A DNA stretch of 64,000 nucleotides from the human T2T-CHM13v2.0 reference genome, Homo sapiens: the NCBI RefSeq assembly GCF_009914755.1, contig NC_060938.1; one strand, written 5' to 3'. The translations under genes were made by a program, and so were the position numbers. This document shows positions 28,881-41,973 of this stretch, piece after piece. The notes beneath the pieces were generated by a model. It saw nothing but the letters and a program-made list of their open reading frames with translations, had not been told where the DNA came from and made no database searches. Each line of letters starts with the position of its first letter. Position 1 is the first letter of the stretch.

Positions 28881-29420
28881 CAGCAAGAGGACAATATAGA
28901 AAGCTCTGGACCCACCTTCTCCCCACAAACATGCCAATTCAGCAACAATTTATGGACAAATTCCATTTTGATAAATGAGAAACATTGAAATACTCTTGCA
29001 CCCCAGTTGAATGCTAAACCAAACTCACCAAAGCCGTTAGGAAAATTCAGGACACTGTTGTCAGAGACCTTGTCCGGGCAGAGCACTATATACTCAACAA
29101 GAGACTCCCTAGCTCCCAGCTTTATTAAGGGGAGGGAAGGGATTGGTTAATGCATCCAGTGCCCCAAATTTTTGAAGAGAGTTCCCCAAATTACTGATTT
29201 CTGTCTTTTTAATCTTGGAGGTCTGCTGTGTCTAGCACAGTCTAGTTACTTGGTGGGAGAATAGAGGAGACAGCTTTGGCTGGTAGACAACATTGATCCT
29301 CACCCTTGCTCAACACTGAATGAGTGAACAAAAATTACAGCTTCCTCATTCTCTCTGGGGAGGAAAACAGGCTCTTGCAGAGGTCCACAGAACCTGTGTC
29401 TGGGCTGATTGATGAAGTGA
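28880..29420 (+). mobile_element. Old L1M (L1M3/4-type) 5'UTR, opposite in orientation to the adjacent ORF1
   Basis: 'gcaagaggacaatatagaaagctctggacccaccttctccccac...acaatttatggacaaattcc' resembles the L1M 5' start (caagatggcggaatagg...). Confidence 0.55.
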
Positions 29421-30199
29421 AAGATAATAATTATTTTTAAAGAAATGATACCTATTCAGGTATAGTAGTAGCTTTTAAATACTTGAAAATAGATTGTTTT
29501 GTAAATAAGTTTTGTACTCCCAAATTATCTGTTTAAAATATGCTTCAAATTTTGTTTCTGCTTATGTCCTTAATTTGTCTACTATTGAATACTTAATTCT
29601 AGAATGATTTCAACTATTTTATATAGCATTTTTCCTATCTCTTATTTTTTTGAATAAAACTAAGTTGTCTTATTATTTTCTGTCTGATGACTCCACTTGT
29701 ACCCAAAACAAAATTAAAAAGCTCTGAATTAAATCATTCCAATAATTTCAAGGATGGGACTTTAAAATAGGTATGAAGAGTATTTCATCAAAAGTGCTTT
29801 TTGTTTCATGAAATTTTACTTTTCTTCTTGAGTCCATAACCAGCAGTATATATTTATTTCCATTTTTCTTATTTTTCATATCCATAATCTATTGCATGAT
29901 CATATTGTCACATTAGCCAAATTATGGAAATAGTGGAATAAAAATGTTTGAAAATATTTTCCATTCCCTCCTCACTCCTCTACTACCCTTCCTAGTCTCT
30001 GGTAGCCATCCTTCTGCATTAATAAATTCTCTAAAAAGAAGTTTTGTAAATTGCAAGTAAATATAAAGTTTTTTTCTTCACCTTTCTTATAACTGGGTAA
30101 ATATGTCGGCTATTGTTCTTTAACTTATCCAGCTTAATCAAAATTCTGCTATACATTCATTGGGAAAATTAAGTAAATAACTTATTTTACACAACATTT

Positions 30200-30535
30200 T
30201 AATTATTTTTATTAAATATGCATTAATTGAAATTAAATAAGGTGAATATTGAAGGGATACATTTCCTTTTGGCTTTTTGTTCTTTTCTTATCTGCATGGT
30301 CAGAATGGCTCACACTGGATCCATATTCCATTCAACAAGAAGGGGATCAAAGTAGGGAGAAGACATACTTCTTTTATTTAAAAATATGTGCTACAATTGC
30401 ACATATCACCTCTGGCCAATATTTTTTTTGCCATCACTTAGTCACAGGAAATGCTGTGAAATGCACTTTTACCAGATGAACACATGAACAATGCAGAATG
30501 AACACAGTGGGGTGTAGCTAGTTGTCTCAGCTACA
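30200..30535 (-). mobile_element. LTR33-like ancient ERVL LTR fragment
   Basis: 'gcacatatcacctctggcc...cacttagtcacaggaaatgctgtgaaatgca' motif; boundaries approximate. Confidence 0.45.
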
Positions 30536-31126
30536 CCAACTAGTTAGTGTCTGTGTTGTTATACATTATTTAATAATGTGTAGAAGTAATATAGTCTTTC
30601 ACTTCTGAATTTCTTCAAAATATTTTCACACTGATTGTCTCCACATTTTAGCAAGAAATTATAATTTTTTAAATACCCTGTAATTTGTGTAAGATGGGAC
30701 ATATGAACATGATTAATTATTCTATAAATTAGAATGAAAGTGTTAATTATTTAAGTTCTCCATTAATTCCATTTTCCATTATTCTGCTTTATTTGAGCAC
30801 CTTAATTAGATGGGGAAAACTCTTCACAATTCAAAATGCAAAATTATTTCCAACTGTTTTTCTGAAATATACTCAGAATGTTGTAATGTGACACTTGCTT
30901 ACTTTTACTTATAGGAAGTTTATCATATTCCTCTCTTGTTTTTGTGTTGTAAAAGTTACTTAAGGACTAATAGCTTTAGTCGTTTGGTGGATAATTTAAT
31001 ACCTTTTCATTCCATAGGTACTTTAGCACTGTGCTAATATTCATTGAATATCAAACAAACAAAATAAGACATTTTAATCATAGGTAGACATCAATATTAT
31101 TTAAAAATTGCACCAGTCTATACATA

Positions 31127-31127
<1 letters not shown>

Positions 31128-31160
<33 letters not shown>
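31128..31160. repeat. (CA)n microsatellite
   Basis: Direct reading. Confidence 0.95.
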
Positions 31161-31165
<5 letters not shown>

Positions 31166-31168
31166 GTG

Positions 31169-31350
31169 CAGTCAACTCTCTGTATTCACAGTTTTCACAC
31201 CTATGTATTCAACCAGCCGTGGATTGAAACCTGTGGATATAGATGGCCAACTGTACCATGCCATTTCACATATGGGTCTTGGGCATCTACATAGTTTGGT
31301 ATCCACAGGGGTTCTAGAACCAATCCTCTACCGATATGAAGGGCCAACTG
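31169..31350 (+). mobile_element. MER2-family (Tigger) MITE, internally deleted
   Basis: TIR-like ends 'cagtcaactctctgtattcac' and 'gatatgaagggccaactg'; 'gattgaaacctgtggatatagatggccaactgta' internal. Confidence 0.8.
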
Positions 31351-31352
31351 AA

Positions 31353-31368
31353 TACACACATGCACAAA

Positions 31369-31412
<44 letters not shown>

Positions 31413-31417
31413 CATAC
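31353..31417. repeat. Compound (CA)n/(TA)n microsatellite
   Basis: Direct reading. Confidence 0.9.
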
Positions 31418-32751
31418 AGTATACAGGTTCATATAAAATATACACATGTATATAAAATATAAAATACACAAAATTCATTAAGAGACTTGAGCACATAACC
31501 AGTTTAGTATACACTAGCAAACAACACCAAGAGTTTCAGAGAGAAAACAATTGAGGCAGGCTATTTTAAAAACAGGGTTTATTACAGTCAATATAATGAA
31601 AAGACCTATACCTATTTTTCTCAAAGAAAGGAATGAATATATTCATACTAAAATATGGATTAAAGCTCATTATTGTTTTCCTATAAAGTAAATATATGCC
31701 TCTAAAACTGAACCACAAGAAGAAATTTGTGAAAACCCCCACAGTTATGAGGAGGAAATACTGTCCACTTCATAGGGAAGGTGACAAAGAAAAGGCTCTC
31801 AAAGAGCAGAGCCAGAGTCCAGAGAGAACAGCATGACAGTTCCTTCCAGAGTATTTATAGGTCTCAAAACTCCAAATAGTTGCTGATGTCGGGGCCTATA
31901 CATCACACAGAAATATAGAACTGGATAGAGAAACTAGATGATATTTTTGGCTTGCATTATTTGAGGGCTGGCTGAGTACATTATTTTAATAATAAGAAGA
32001 AGGATATGTACAGATGTTTGGGTAATTGAAGAAGCAGACTATAGCAGAGAATATAGTTGTATATTCAAACACGTATTGTCAATGTACTCCTTAATAAAAT
32101 AACATTAGTTTTATTTAAGGAAGAAATACATCCAGGAAAAACGAAATCATTCCCCACTTAAAAGCAATCTTCCATAATTTTATATTGGTAAATTAAGCTA
32201 GGGTTACACTGATAATAATAAATAAATTTGACCTTTAACATAGTGCCAGGAAATATTCATATAAATTTGTATAATTTTAAAAAAATTTTCCATAGGAAAG
32301 ACTATTTTGAAGAATGGATAAAAGTAGAAACAAATGAGAATGAAAAGTCAGAAAAAAAATTCAAAAAGAGAACTTAAAAGAAAATCAAACCACTAATAAT
32401 TACTACTAATAATTAAGTATTCCTGATATACTAGGAAGTTTGCTCAGCTATTTGTACACATTATATCGAAATTTTCCATTAATATCAGTACTATTACATG
32501 CTATGAATAGGCAGGAAAACCAGCGTTAGAATTTTCAAGGTCTTAAGATTTGGCATGACTACAGAATAATATTTTATCCATAGTCACTTAATATAAAATG
32601 TGCACAATGTAGAATAATGGAAAGCATTGGTGGCAGAGGAGCACATTGGAGCTGTAAGTCAGATTTTATATTAAGAAGAAAACACATGCTCAAAAAATTT
32701 TTGACTTTCTGGAAACTTTGAGTAATTTCCTTGGAATATAAGAGCCTTTGA

Positions 32752-33023
32752 GTCCGGGCACGATGGCTCACACCTGTCCCAGCATTTTGGGAGGTTGAGG
32801 CAGGTGGATAGCTTGAACTCAGGAGTTCAAGACCAGCTTGGGCAATATGACAAAACACCGCATCTACAAAAAGTAAATAATTAGTGGGGCTGGTAGTGTA
32901 TGCCTGTCATCCTAGCTACTCAGGAGGCTGATGTGGGAGGATCTCTTGAGCTCAGATGGGGAAGTTCAGTGACCCGTGATGGGGCCACTGCACTCAGCCT
33001 CAAAAAATAAATAAATGAATAAA

Positions 33024-33067
<44 letters not shown>

Positions 33068-33072
33068 AATAA
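32752..33072 (+). mobile_element. AluJ with (TAAA)n tail, missing about 20 nt at the 3' end of the right arm
   Basis: 'gcttgaactcaggagttcaagaccagcttgggcaa'; tetranucleotide tail 33003-33072. Confidence 0.9.
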
Positions 33073-33299
33073 AGCCCTGGAAAGCTCCTTGTTGCTAGGA
33101 TGTCAGACTGAAAGTTACTAACCAGCAAATATTTTCCATTGAGAACTGCAGGAACATAGGAAGCCAATTCCCCAGATGTCCTTCATCTTGATATATTCTG
33201 TCAGCATCTGCTAAGAATAAATTATTTATGTTCATTACAGTAACCCCTAAATATAATAAGAATTGTATGCCATAATGTTTATTTTTCATTCTTCCAGCA

Positions 33300-33450
33300 T
33301 ATTTTATCGCAAGATTACTAGAAGTTAATAACCTCATTTTTTAGATAAGAAAAGTGTTAGAAAGGTTAAGTGAATTGGTCGTTGCCATTCACAGAATAAG
33401 ACCGGTAGCTGCTTTGAAGATTTTATAGTGTGACTCAAAATAACCTAACT
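33300..33450 (-). mobile_element. MIR fragment
   Basis: 'cctcattttttagataagaaaagtgttagaaaggttaagtgaattg'. Confidence 0.6.
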
Positions 33451-34267
33451 TATCAATATTAGAATTCCACAGCATTTATTTGAAAAAATGTTTTAGATGA
33501 TGATAGATCATTCTGTGGAAACTGCAGGTGAAAACTTAGAACTCTGTTTATGCCTAATTTTACTGTAATAGGCTGTTCCATTGAATCATATTCTTTTGTT
33601 AAAATACAGTATATCTTAAGTGTGGACAATTTCTAACCCTTTGCATTATTTGTGAAATCATTTATTATTAAGCCTGCAGTTTTTTTCATGTGGTTGGTGA
33701 TCTTAGAAAGACTCATCTTTGACATTAAGAAATAAAACATAATTCTTGTGCCATGTTGAAACACTAAAAAGCTAACAACTATTTACTTCCTCTCTGTTTC
33801 CATCTCCTCTTTGAAATACTCATAAAATCATGCAAAGTAATACTAAATGACTACATAAGATAAAGCAGGTGTCAATCAACAATTTCCAAAACCATGGAGA
33901 CATTACTACTAATCAAAGATTGAATGGATTCATAAAACCAAACAGCAGGGCTAAAGTAGAAAATAGGTTGATAGTCATGCTGTCATCTACCCTTGCATAT
34001 CATGCCCTGCATTTATATATTCCAGAAAAATTGTTAAGCAAAAAGCCATACCTAATGCACAAACCAAATGTGTAGCTCTAATTGTGTATATTTGGGAAAG
34101 AGAAAAGGGAGTGAAACAAACACACAGGAATATTTTAGGATACTGTTTATACTATCACAGGGAAGATAAAAGAAGACCTAATGAGGCAATGTTTTACATT
34201 TTTGTTTTTGTCATTACTGTTGTTTGATTTTGGCTTTGTTTTCATGTACCCATTTTATTATAAATAA

Positions 34268-34321
34268 AACTGAGCACTTTTTCTAAGAAAATGTAACTGA
34301 GCACTTCTTCTAAGAGAACAT
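34268..34321. repeat. 27-bp tandem duplication
   Basis: aactgagcactttttctaagaaaatgt / aactgagcacttcttctaagagaacat. Confidence 0.85.
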
Positions 34322-35309
34322 CCCCATCCACATATTGAGTTCCAAGAAATGCAAGAAAAATAAAAAATAAAACCTCACCTCCATTAAAAATGATTTACAA
34401 GATACATTTCTAAAAGACTTTCCTAGGGGTGATGCCTGATTAAGATGCAAGATTCTAACTGCACCCAAATGTATATTGTAAATCAGGAGAGGGAATCCTC
34501 TTTACTCTCCACTGACAAATCCCACGATAAAAGTCTTCTCATCTACATATGCTCTTAAAAAATATGTTGCAGCATGAGAAAAATAGGGGAGTTGTCCGAG
34601 AAAATTCCACTTCCAAAGTAATTTACCACAGGAGACCAAAGTAAACTTCAGAAAGCAGCTATTCTTGTCTTCTCAAATTACTTCATTTTCAAAATTCTAG
34701 GGTATTCTTTAATAATTATATGTATCTAAAAATATTCCCTGTAACATTTTCTGATCTCTATTGTGTTGTATACATGAAATATTTATTAGAAGAATTATTT
34801 TTGACTAAGTTTCAAAAGGCAAAAGAATAAGTAGCTAAGTAGGTCACTAAAAACGTAAAAGAGTCATTTCTTTTACAATTTAATTTACTTTTTTTACTAT
34901 TGCCTTTTATATTATATAAAGCAATGAAAATGGGTTCAAACAGGAAGACTGAACACAAATGTTTATAGCACCTACTCCTAAGATCTCAAGAAATAACAGA
35001 CAAGATATTTATGAGAGAAAATAATAAATCAAAAATAATGAAGGAAAACAAGAAAGCACCAATGGACCCAAAACTTTGAACAATTATTCAAAAATAGAAA
35101 GTATTATGATGAAATTTACAAAGAAAAATAATTAAATCAAAGAATATGAAATACAAGAAAATTCATACAAATGGAAATCATGCAGAAGTTTCTTGATTTA
35201 GAGAAATCCAAAGATGAGGGACAAGAACAGACAGTGGCTCCAAAGGAGTAATAGGGTCATTGTTTGGAAAGCAGCAATAAGATTACCTTAACTTATGCAT
35301 CACTCGTCT

Positions 35310-35478
35310 CGGGCAACTGTCAACATCATGGCTGTCCTGGGAAATTTTAAAATCATGTTAGTACCTTGACCACACTCCTAAAAAGTTAATGATGTACTTG
35401 GTTGGAGCAAGCAGCTATATGTTTTAAAACTTCTCATCTGATTATAATATGACATAAGGGTTGAGTACTATGACTTAG
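35310..35478. mobile_element. MER5-like hAT-Charlie MITE
   Basis: 'ttttaaaacttctcatctgattataatatgacataagggttgagtactatgacttaga' resembles a MER5 end. Confidence 0.5.
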
Positions 35479-35483
35479 AGCTG

Positions 35484-35810
35484 AGGTCAGCAAACCATTC
35501 CCCTGGAATCAAATCTGGCCCACAACCTATTTTATGTAGCACCAGGCTATATTCATTTTATATTTCTAAATGGTTGAAAAAATTTTAAACAGAAATAACT
35601 TTTTATGATGTGAAATTTATTTAAAGTTCCAACATGAATGCCAAAAAATAAATTTGTATTGAAATAAAGCCTTTCTCATATTTCACGTATTGGCTAAGGC
35701 TATTTTTCACTAAATTGGTAGAGTTGTGTGATTGTGAGATAGGCAGCATGGACACCAAGCCAATACATTTGCTGTCTGGCTATTTAGGGACTGAAGATGC
35801 CAACCTTGGC
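35484..35810 (+). mobile_element. MER58B-like hAT-Charlie element
   Basis: 'gaggtcagcaaac...caaatctggcccac...atttgctgtctggctatttag...tgccaaccttg'. Confidence 0.75.
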
Positions 35811-35828
35811 TTAAAAGATGAAAATATG

Positions 35829-38068
35829 TGTAATAGTCCATTTTCATGCTACTGATAAAGACATACCTGAGACTGCACAGTTTACAAAAGAAAGAGGTTT
35901 AATTGGACTTACAGTTCCACATGGCTGGGGAAGCCTCACAATCATGGTGGAAGGCAAGAAGGAGCAAGTTACTTCTTATGTGAATGGCAGGAGGCAAAAA
36001 GGAACAGTCCAGGAAAGACCTACCCCCTTAATTCAATCACCTCCCAACATGTTCCTCCCACAACATGTGGGAATTGTGAGAGTTACAATTCAAGATGAGA
36101 TTTGGGTGGGGACACAGCCAAACCACATCATTCCACCCCTGGCCCCTACCAAATCTCATGTCCTCACATTTCAAAACCAATCGTGCCTTCCCAACTGTTC
36201 CCCAAAGTCTTAACTCATTTCAGCATTAACTTAAAAGTCCACAGGCCAATGTCTCATCCAAGACAAGGCAAGTCCCTTCCACCTGTGAGCTGTAAAATCA
36301 AAAGCAAGTTACTTACTTCCTAGATACAATGGGGGTACAGGCATTTGATAAATATAGCTGTTCCAAATGGGAGAAATCGGCCAAAACAAAGGGGTTACAG
36401 GATCCATGCAAGTCCAAAATCCAGCAGGGCAGTCAAATATTAAAGCTCCAAAATTATCTCCTTTGAATCCGGGTCTCACATCCAGGTTAGGCTGATGGAA
36501 GTGGTGGGTTCCCATGGCCTTGGGCAGCTCTTCCCCTGTGACTTTGCAGGGTACAGCTTCCCTCCTGGATGTTTTCATGGGCTGGTGTTGAGTGTGTGGT
36601 TTTTCCAGGTGATCGGTGCAAGCTGTCGGTGGATCTACCATTCTGGGGACTAGAGAACAGTGGTCCTCTTCTCACAGTTCCACTAGGCAGTGCCCCAGTA
36701 GGGAGTCTGTTAGGGGTCTTGACCTCACATTTCCCTTCTGCACTGCCACAACAGAGGTTCCCCATGAAGGCCCCACCATCACAGCAAATTTTTGCCTGGA
36801 CATCCAGGCATTTCCATCAATCCTCTGAAATCTAGGCGGAGGTTCCCAAACCTCAATTCTTGACTTCTGTGCACCCACAGGCTCAACATCACATGGAGGC
36901 TGCCAAGGCTTGGGACTTTCACTTTCTGAAGCAAATGTCTGAGTTGTACCTTGGTCCGTTTTAGTCACAGCCAGACTGCGTGGGATGCAGGGCATCAAGT
37001 CCCTTGACTGCACACAGCATGGGGACCCTGACTCTGGCCCAGAAAATAATTTTCTCCTAGGCCTCTGGGCCTGTGATTTGAGGGGCTGCCGTGAAGACCT
37101 CTGACATGCCCCGGAGACATTTTCCCCATTGTCTTAGGGATTTATGTTTGGCTTCTTGTTAATTTTGCAAATTTTTGCAGTGGACTTCAATTTCTCCTCA
37201 GAAAATGGGTTTTTGTTTTCTATCACATTGTCAGGCTGCATATTTTCTGAACTTTTATGGTCTGCTTCCTTTATAAAACTGAATGCCTTTAACAGCACAT
37301 AGGTCACTTCTTGAATGCTTTACTGCTTACAAATTTCTTCACCCAGATACCCTAAATGATCTCTCTCAAGTTCAAAGTTCCACAAATCTCTAGGAAAGGG
37401 GCAAAATGCCACCAGTCTCTTTGCTAAAACATAACAAGAGTCACCTTTGCTCCAGTTCCCAACAGTTCTTCATCTCCATCTGAGACCACCTCAGCCTGGA
37501 CCTTATTGTCCATATTGCTATCATACTTTTGGTCAAAGCCATTCAACAAGTCTCTAAGAAGTTCCAAACTTTCCTACATTTTTTTTTTCTTCTTCTGAGC
37601 CCTCCAAACTATTCCAACCTCTGCCTGTTAGCCAGTTCCAAAGTCGCTTCCACATTTTCAGGTAACTTTTCAGCAGCATCCCACTCTACTGGTACCAATT
37701 TACTGTATTAGTCCATTTTTACACTGCTGATAAAGACATACCTGAGACTGCGTAATTTACAATAGAAAGATGGTTAATTGGACTTACAGTTCCACGTGGC
37801 TGTGTAGCCTCACAATCATGGCAGAAGTCGAGGAGGAACAAGTCACATCCTATGTGAATGGCAGCAGGCAAAAAGAGAGCTTCTGCAGAAAAACTCCCAT
37901 TTTTAAAATCAGATCTTGTAAGACTCATTGACTATCATAAGAACAGCCCAGGAAGGACCCACTTCCATAATTCAATTACCTCCCACAGGGTTCCTCCCAT
38001 AAAATGTGGGAATTGTGAGAGTTACAATTCAAGATGAGATTGGGGTGGGGCACATTCCAACCATATTA
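35829..38068 (-). mobile_element. Complete THE1 (THE1A-like) MaLR element: 3' LTR 35829-36130, internal 36131-37703, 5' LTR 37704-38068
   Basis: Two homologous LTRs ('tgta(a/t)tagtccatttt...aacca(c/t)at(c/t)a') flank a ~1.57 kb THE1-int sequence. Confidence 0.95.
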
Positions 38069-38319
38069 CTATATTTTCTAAACTTTCCTGATTATAAATC
38101 ACCTGTAACCATTATTAAAAAGAAAAATAAAGAAAACAATTTGGAGCTTGACCCAGAAATTGAAATTCACTGTCTCATCATGTACTAAACATCAAGATGA
38201 TATTTATCATCATGGGAATTTGAGAAAATATAGAGATAACTATGCAATGCAAGTATAAAATATAAATTAGACTTTAGTAAAGCAATATGAGATCATGGTA
38301 CCCACAAAGCAAAATTAAT

Positions 38320-38494
38320 TTAAAATTTTGGAAGTTAAAATTTAATGTTTGAAAAAAAAAAGAAGAAGAAGTGCTAAATAACAGAATAGACAACTAAGAA
38401 CAAATGTGTGAGCTGAGAAATTCATCCAGGCTACACGCTGAGCAAGAGAGACAGAGAGAGAAAAAAAGTTTGGAAAAGTTGAAAGAAAAGCTGA
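38320..38494 (+). mobile_element. Ancient L1M/HAL1-like ORF1 fragment, apparently resuming at about 39537-39935
   Basis: A-rich ORF1-like motifs 'taaataacagaatagacaactaagaacaaatgtgtgagctgag' and, downstream, 'ttttgaacctagacttctatactcaaccaaagtatt'. Confidence 0.45.
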
Positions 38495-39523
38495 ACCACT
38501 CCCCAGTATTGTGTACAGGCACTTGACAAATGGGAACTGGATTGCACCCTCCTCACTAACTGTCATTTTCTTATCACTCTTCCTGCATCCTAGTGTTTTA
38601 TTTTATGCCTTGTTCGTTTTACATCCTGATGACTGATGACATCACATGCTGAGAGCTTCCAGGTTGGGAGGAAAGACATCTCCCTGGTTGACATGACCAC
38701 TCTCCCAGGGGAGAGTCCTGTGCAACCAGAACAGGGCCGGCTGTCATTTTCAAAGTGTAGGTGACTCCTGAAGAATGAGTCAGGTGACATTTAAAGCTAT
38801 GCGTTCTGAAGAGGCTGAGTTGTTGAAAAGTCCCAAGGGTCTGAATGAAAGTGAGTGTCTTTAATCAACACTCAACAATAGTCTAGAAAACCCTACACTG
38901 TGCTGGTTGAGGCCAAAGGTCAATGTTGCTACACTGTTCACTGAGGGAGGGGAGCAGTGACCATCAGCCCCAGCCTCACGTGTTGTAACACAAGCATGAG
39001 TGTGTACCAGTTCTTTCTTTATTGATTTTTTAATCAAAAACAAAAAGTTATTTTTTTAAAAAGTTATTTCATTTTTGATTTTTTAAAATTATTTAAAAAT
39101 ATAAACCTAATTTTGCCTGTGGGCCATATAAAACACATGTATGAATGTGTCATCACATGTAGTTCTCATATGCACGAAAAGAGGAGGCTTTGGTATTGAA
39201 ATTGAAAACTTTGTGAACTCAAGAACTTTCACAGCTTCTGTTGACATATTTTCTTTTTAGGAATGAAGAAAAATTATTGCATTTTTGAGCCCTTCTTTTG
39301 TCAATTCTACAAATTTGCAAGTAACTTTATAAATATTTTAAGACAGTTTTTTATTTAATATTTAATATTCTGCTAAATTAATTTTGAATTGTAAATGTCA
39401 AATATTATGTTTTGGGGGTTTGTATGTTTTATTACACTTGTTAAAAGAAAAAATTATACACTTCTAGAATATTTTAATGAGGAAATTTAATGTACTAAAA
39501 TAAAAAATTAAAAAGGGCTATAA
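38495..39523 (+). pseudogene. Probable 5'-truncated processed retrocopy consisting of a 3'UTR (parent gene not recognised)
   Basis: 13-bp direct repeats aaagaaaagctga (38482-38494) and aaggaaaagctga (39524-39536); AATAAA at 39499-39504 about 17 nt before a short A run; U-rich 3'UTR-like composition. Confidence 0.65.
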
Positions 39524-39937
39524 AAGGAAAAGCTGACACAGGCAGTGTTTATATCACTAATTTTGTAAAAAGAAAACAAGGAAAATAATGCTTAGAAGGT
39601 AATAAAATAAGAAGAAATGTAATGGCTAGGGAAAAGATAATTCATGATGAACCGGGCTCATTTTATGATGAGTAGAATGAGTACAAATAAATGAATAAAT
39701 AGATGTTTAAGTAAAAGAATCGGTCAACATCTACTAATAATTTGAATTTTCTGCAGTAGAAGCTTTCAGAGAAACATATAATCTCAGTTTCTCTGCAATG
39801 AATTAAATTTGTTAGATAACAAACTCATCAATAACCATGGATCTAAGATAATAATTTAGTAACATGAAAATTCTAAAATGATTATTTTGAACCTAGACTT
39901 CTATACTCAACCAAAGTATTATTCAATAAGCTGTGCA

Positions 39938-39956
39938 AAAAAAAAAAAAAAAAAAA
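39938..39956. repeat. Poly(A) run of about 19 nt
   Basis: Direct reading. Confidence 0.9.
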
Positions 39957-40032
39957 TTGGTCCTCTGAGTCTCAGAGAAGTCCAGTGCTTTGAAGGGAGA
40001 GACCTAGGCCTGGCAGCATTCACTACACACTA

Positions 40033-40224
<192 letters not shown>

Positions 40225-41618
40225 CTAAGGTTTTTGACTCCAGGCCTGGGCTCTTGGTCAGCGTTTCTGGCCCTGTCTTCGGCTGGTGGGGGTCTTCCCT
40301 CACTGTGTACTGAAGGGAAGTACACAGCCTGGTGGATTTGACACCTTCTGAGTGAAGAGTACTAGGGTTTTGGGAGATCATAAGTAGTAGACAGGCAGTG
40401 GTCATTATATGACTTGGGTGAGACCCAGTGATGTGCTGCCTTCAGGTCTGACCCAGTGCAGTCCCAGTGGTGGTGGCCACAGGGGTATTTGGATCATTCT
40501 TTCATCAGCTGCAGGTAACTCAGCATGGAAAGAGACAGACTCCATTGGTTTGGGGGAAAGTAAGGTGAGAGAACAAGAGTCTTTGCCTGGTAATAAAGGG
40601 AATTCTCCCATGCCTTACCGAAGATCATCAAGGTGTTACCTCTACCGTTCAATAAGAGTCACAGTGTTAGTGAGCTTGGGGTGCCCCTTCATGCACATAT
40701 GACTGCAATGACCAAAGATTTACATCACAACACTCAATTCCCTTTCATTACTTGGAAAATCTTCCCAAGAAGGACTGGCACAAGAAAGCCAATACTTTTA
40801 AGACTACAATGAATACATAAATCATCAATTCCCTGACATTAATGATCATCCATAAGGATGAAGATCATGCAGGAAAACAACCTCACAAAATAAACTAAAG
40901 AAGGCACCAGGGACCAATCCTGGAGAAACAGAGATATGTGATCTTTCTGATAGATAATTCAAAATGGCTGTTTTGAGGAAGCTCAGTGAAATTCTGAATA
41001 ACACAGAGAAGGAATTCAGAATATTATCAGATACATTTTAAGAAGAGATTCAAATTTTTTAAAATCAAGCATTTCTGGAGCTGAAAAATTAAATTGACAT
41101 ACTAAAGAAAGCATCAGAGTCTCTCAATAGCAGAATTGATCATGCAGAAGAAAGAATTGGTGACCGTAAAGGCAGACTATTTGAAAATATACAGTCAGAG
41201 GAGACAAAACAAAAAGGAACAGCAACAAAAAGCAATGAAGCGTGTTTCAAGATCTACAAAATAGCCTCTAAACGATACATCTTAGAGTTATTGGCCTTAA
41301 AGAGGAGGTAGAAAGAGAGATTAGGGGAGAAAAATGTATTCAAAGGGATAATAACAGAACTTTCCAAACCTAGAGGAAGGTATCCATATTCAAGTACAAG
41401 AAGGTTATAGAACACCAAGAAGATTTAATCCAAATAAGATTACCTCAAGACATTTAATAATCACACTCCCCAAAGTCAAAGATAAAGAAAGAAAGAATAC
41501 TAAAAGCAGCAAGAGAAAAGAAACATACAGAGGACCTACAATATGTCTGGCAGCAAACTTCTCAGTGGAAAGCTGACAGGCCAGGAGAGAGTGGCATGAT
41601 AGATTTAAAGTGCTGAAG

Positions 41619-41622
<4 letters not shown>

Positions 41623-41656
<34 letters not shown>
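41623..41656. repeat. (AC)n microsatellite within L1MA ORF1
   Basis: Direct reading. Confidence 0.95.
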
Positions 41657-41658
<2 letters not shown>

Positions 41659-41973
41659 TTATCCTAGAATAATATATTTAGCAAAAATATTATTAAAATA
41701 TGAATTAAAAATAAGGTTTACCCAAATAAAATCTAAGTGATTTCATCAACACCAGACCTGTCATAGGAGAAATAGTAAAGGGAGTTCTTCAAGATGAAGA
41801 AAGAGGATATTAATGATCAATAGCAAATTATCTGAAGGTACATAACTCACTAGTAATAGTAAGTACAAAGACAAACACAGAATATTATAACATTGTGATG
41901 ATGGTGTGCAAACTACTCATATCTTAATTAGAAAGACTAAAAGATGAGTCTAACAAAAAGAATGACTACAATT

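Noticed and set aside
35818-37928. Cluster of overlapping 60-130 aa ORFs
   Set aside because: Entirely within the THE1 LTR and internal sequence, with no intact coding frame.
39938-39956. Poly(A) run as the tail of a hidden retrocopy
   Set aside because: No canonical AATAAA upstream (only aataag) and no TSD found; treated as a simple homopolymer.
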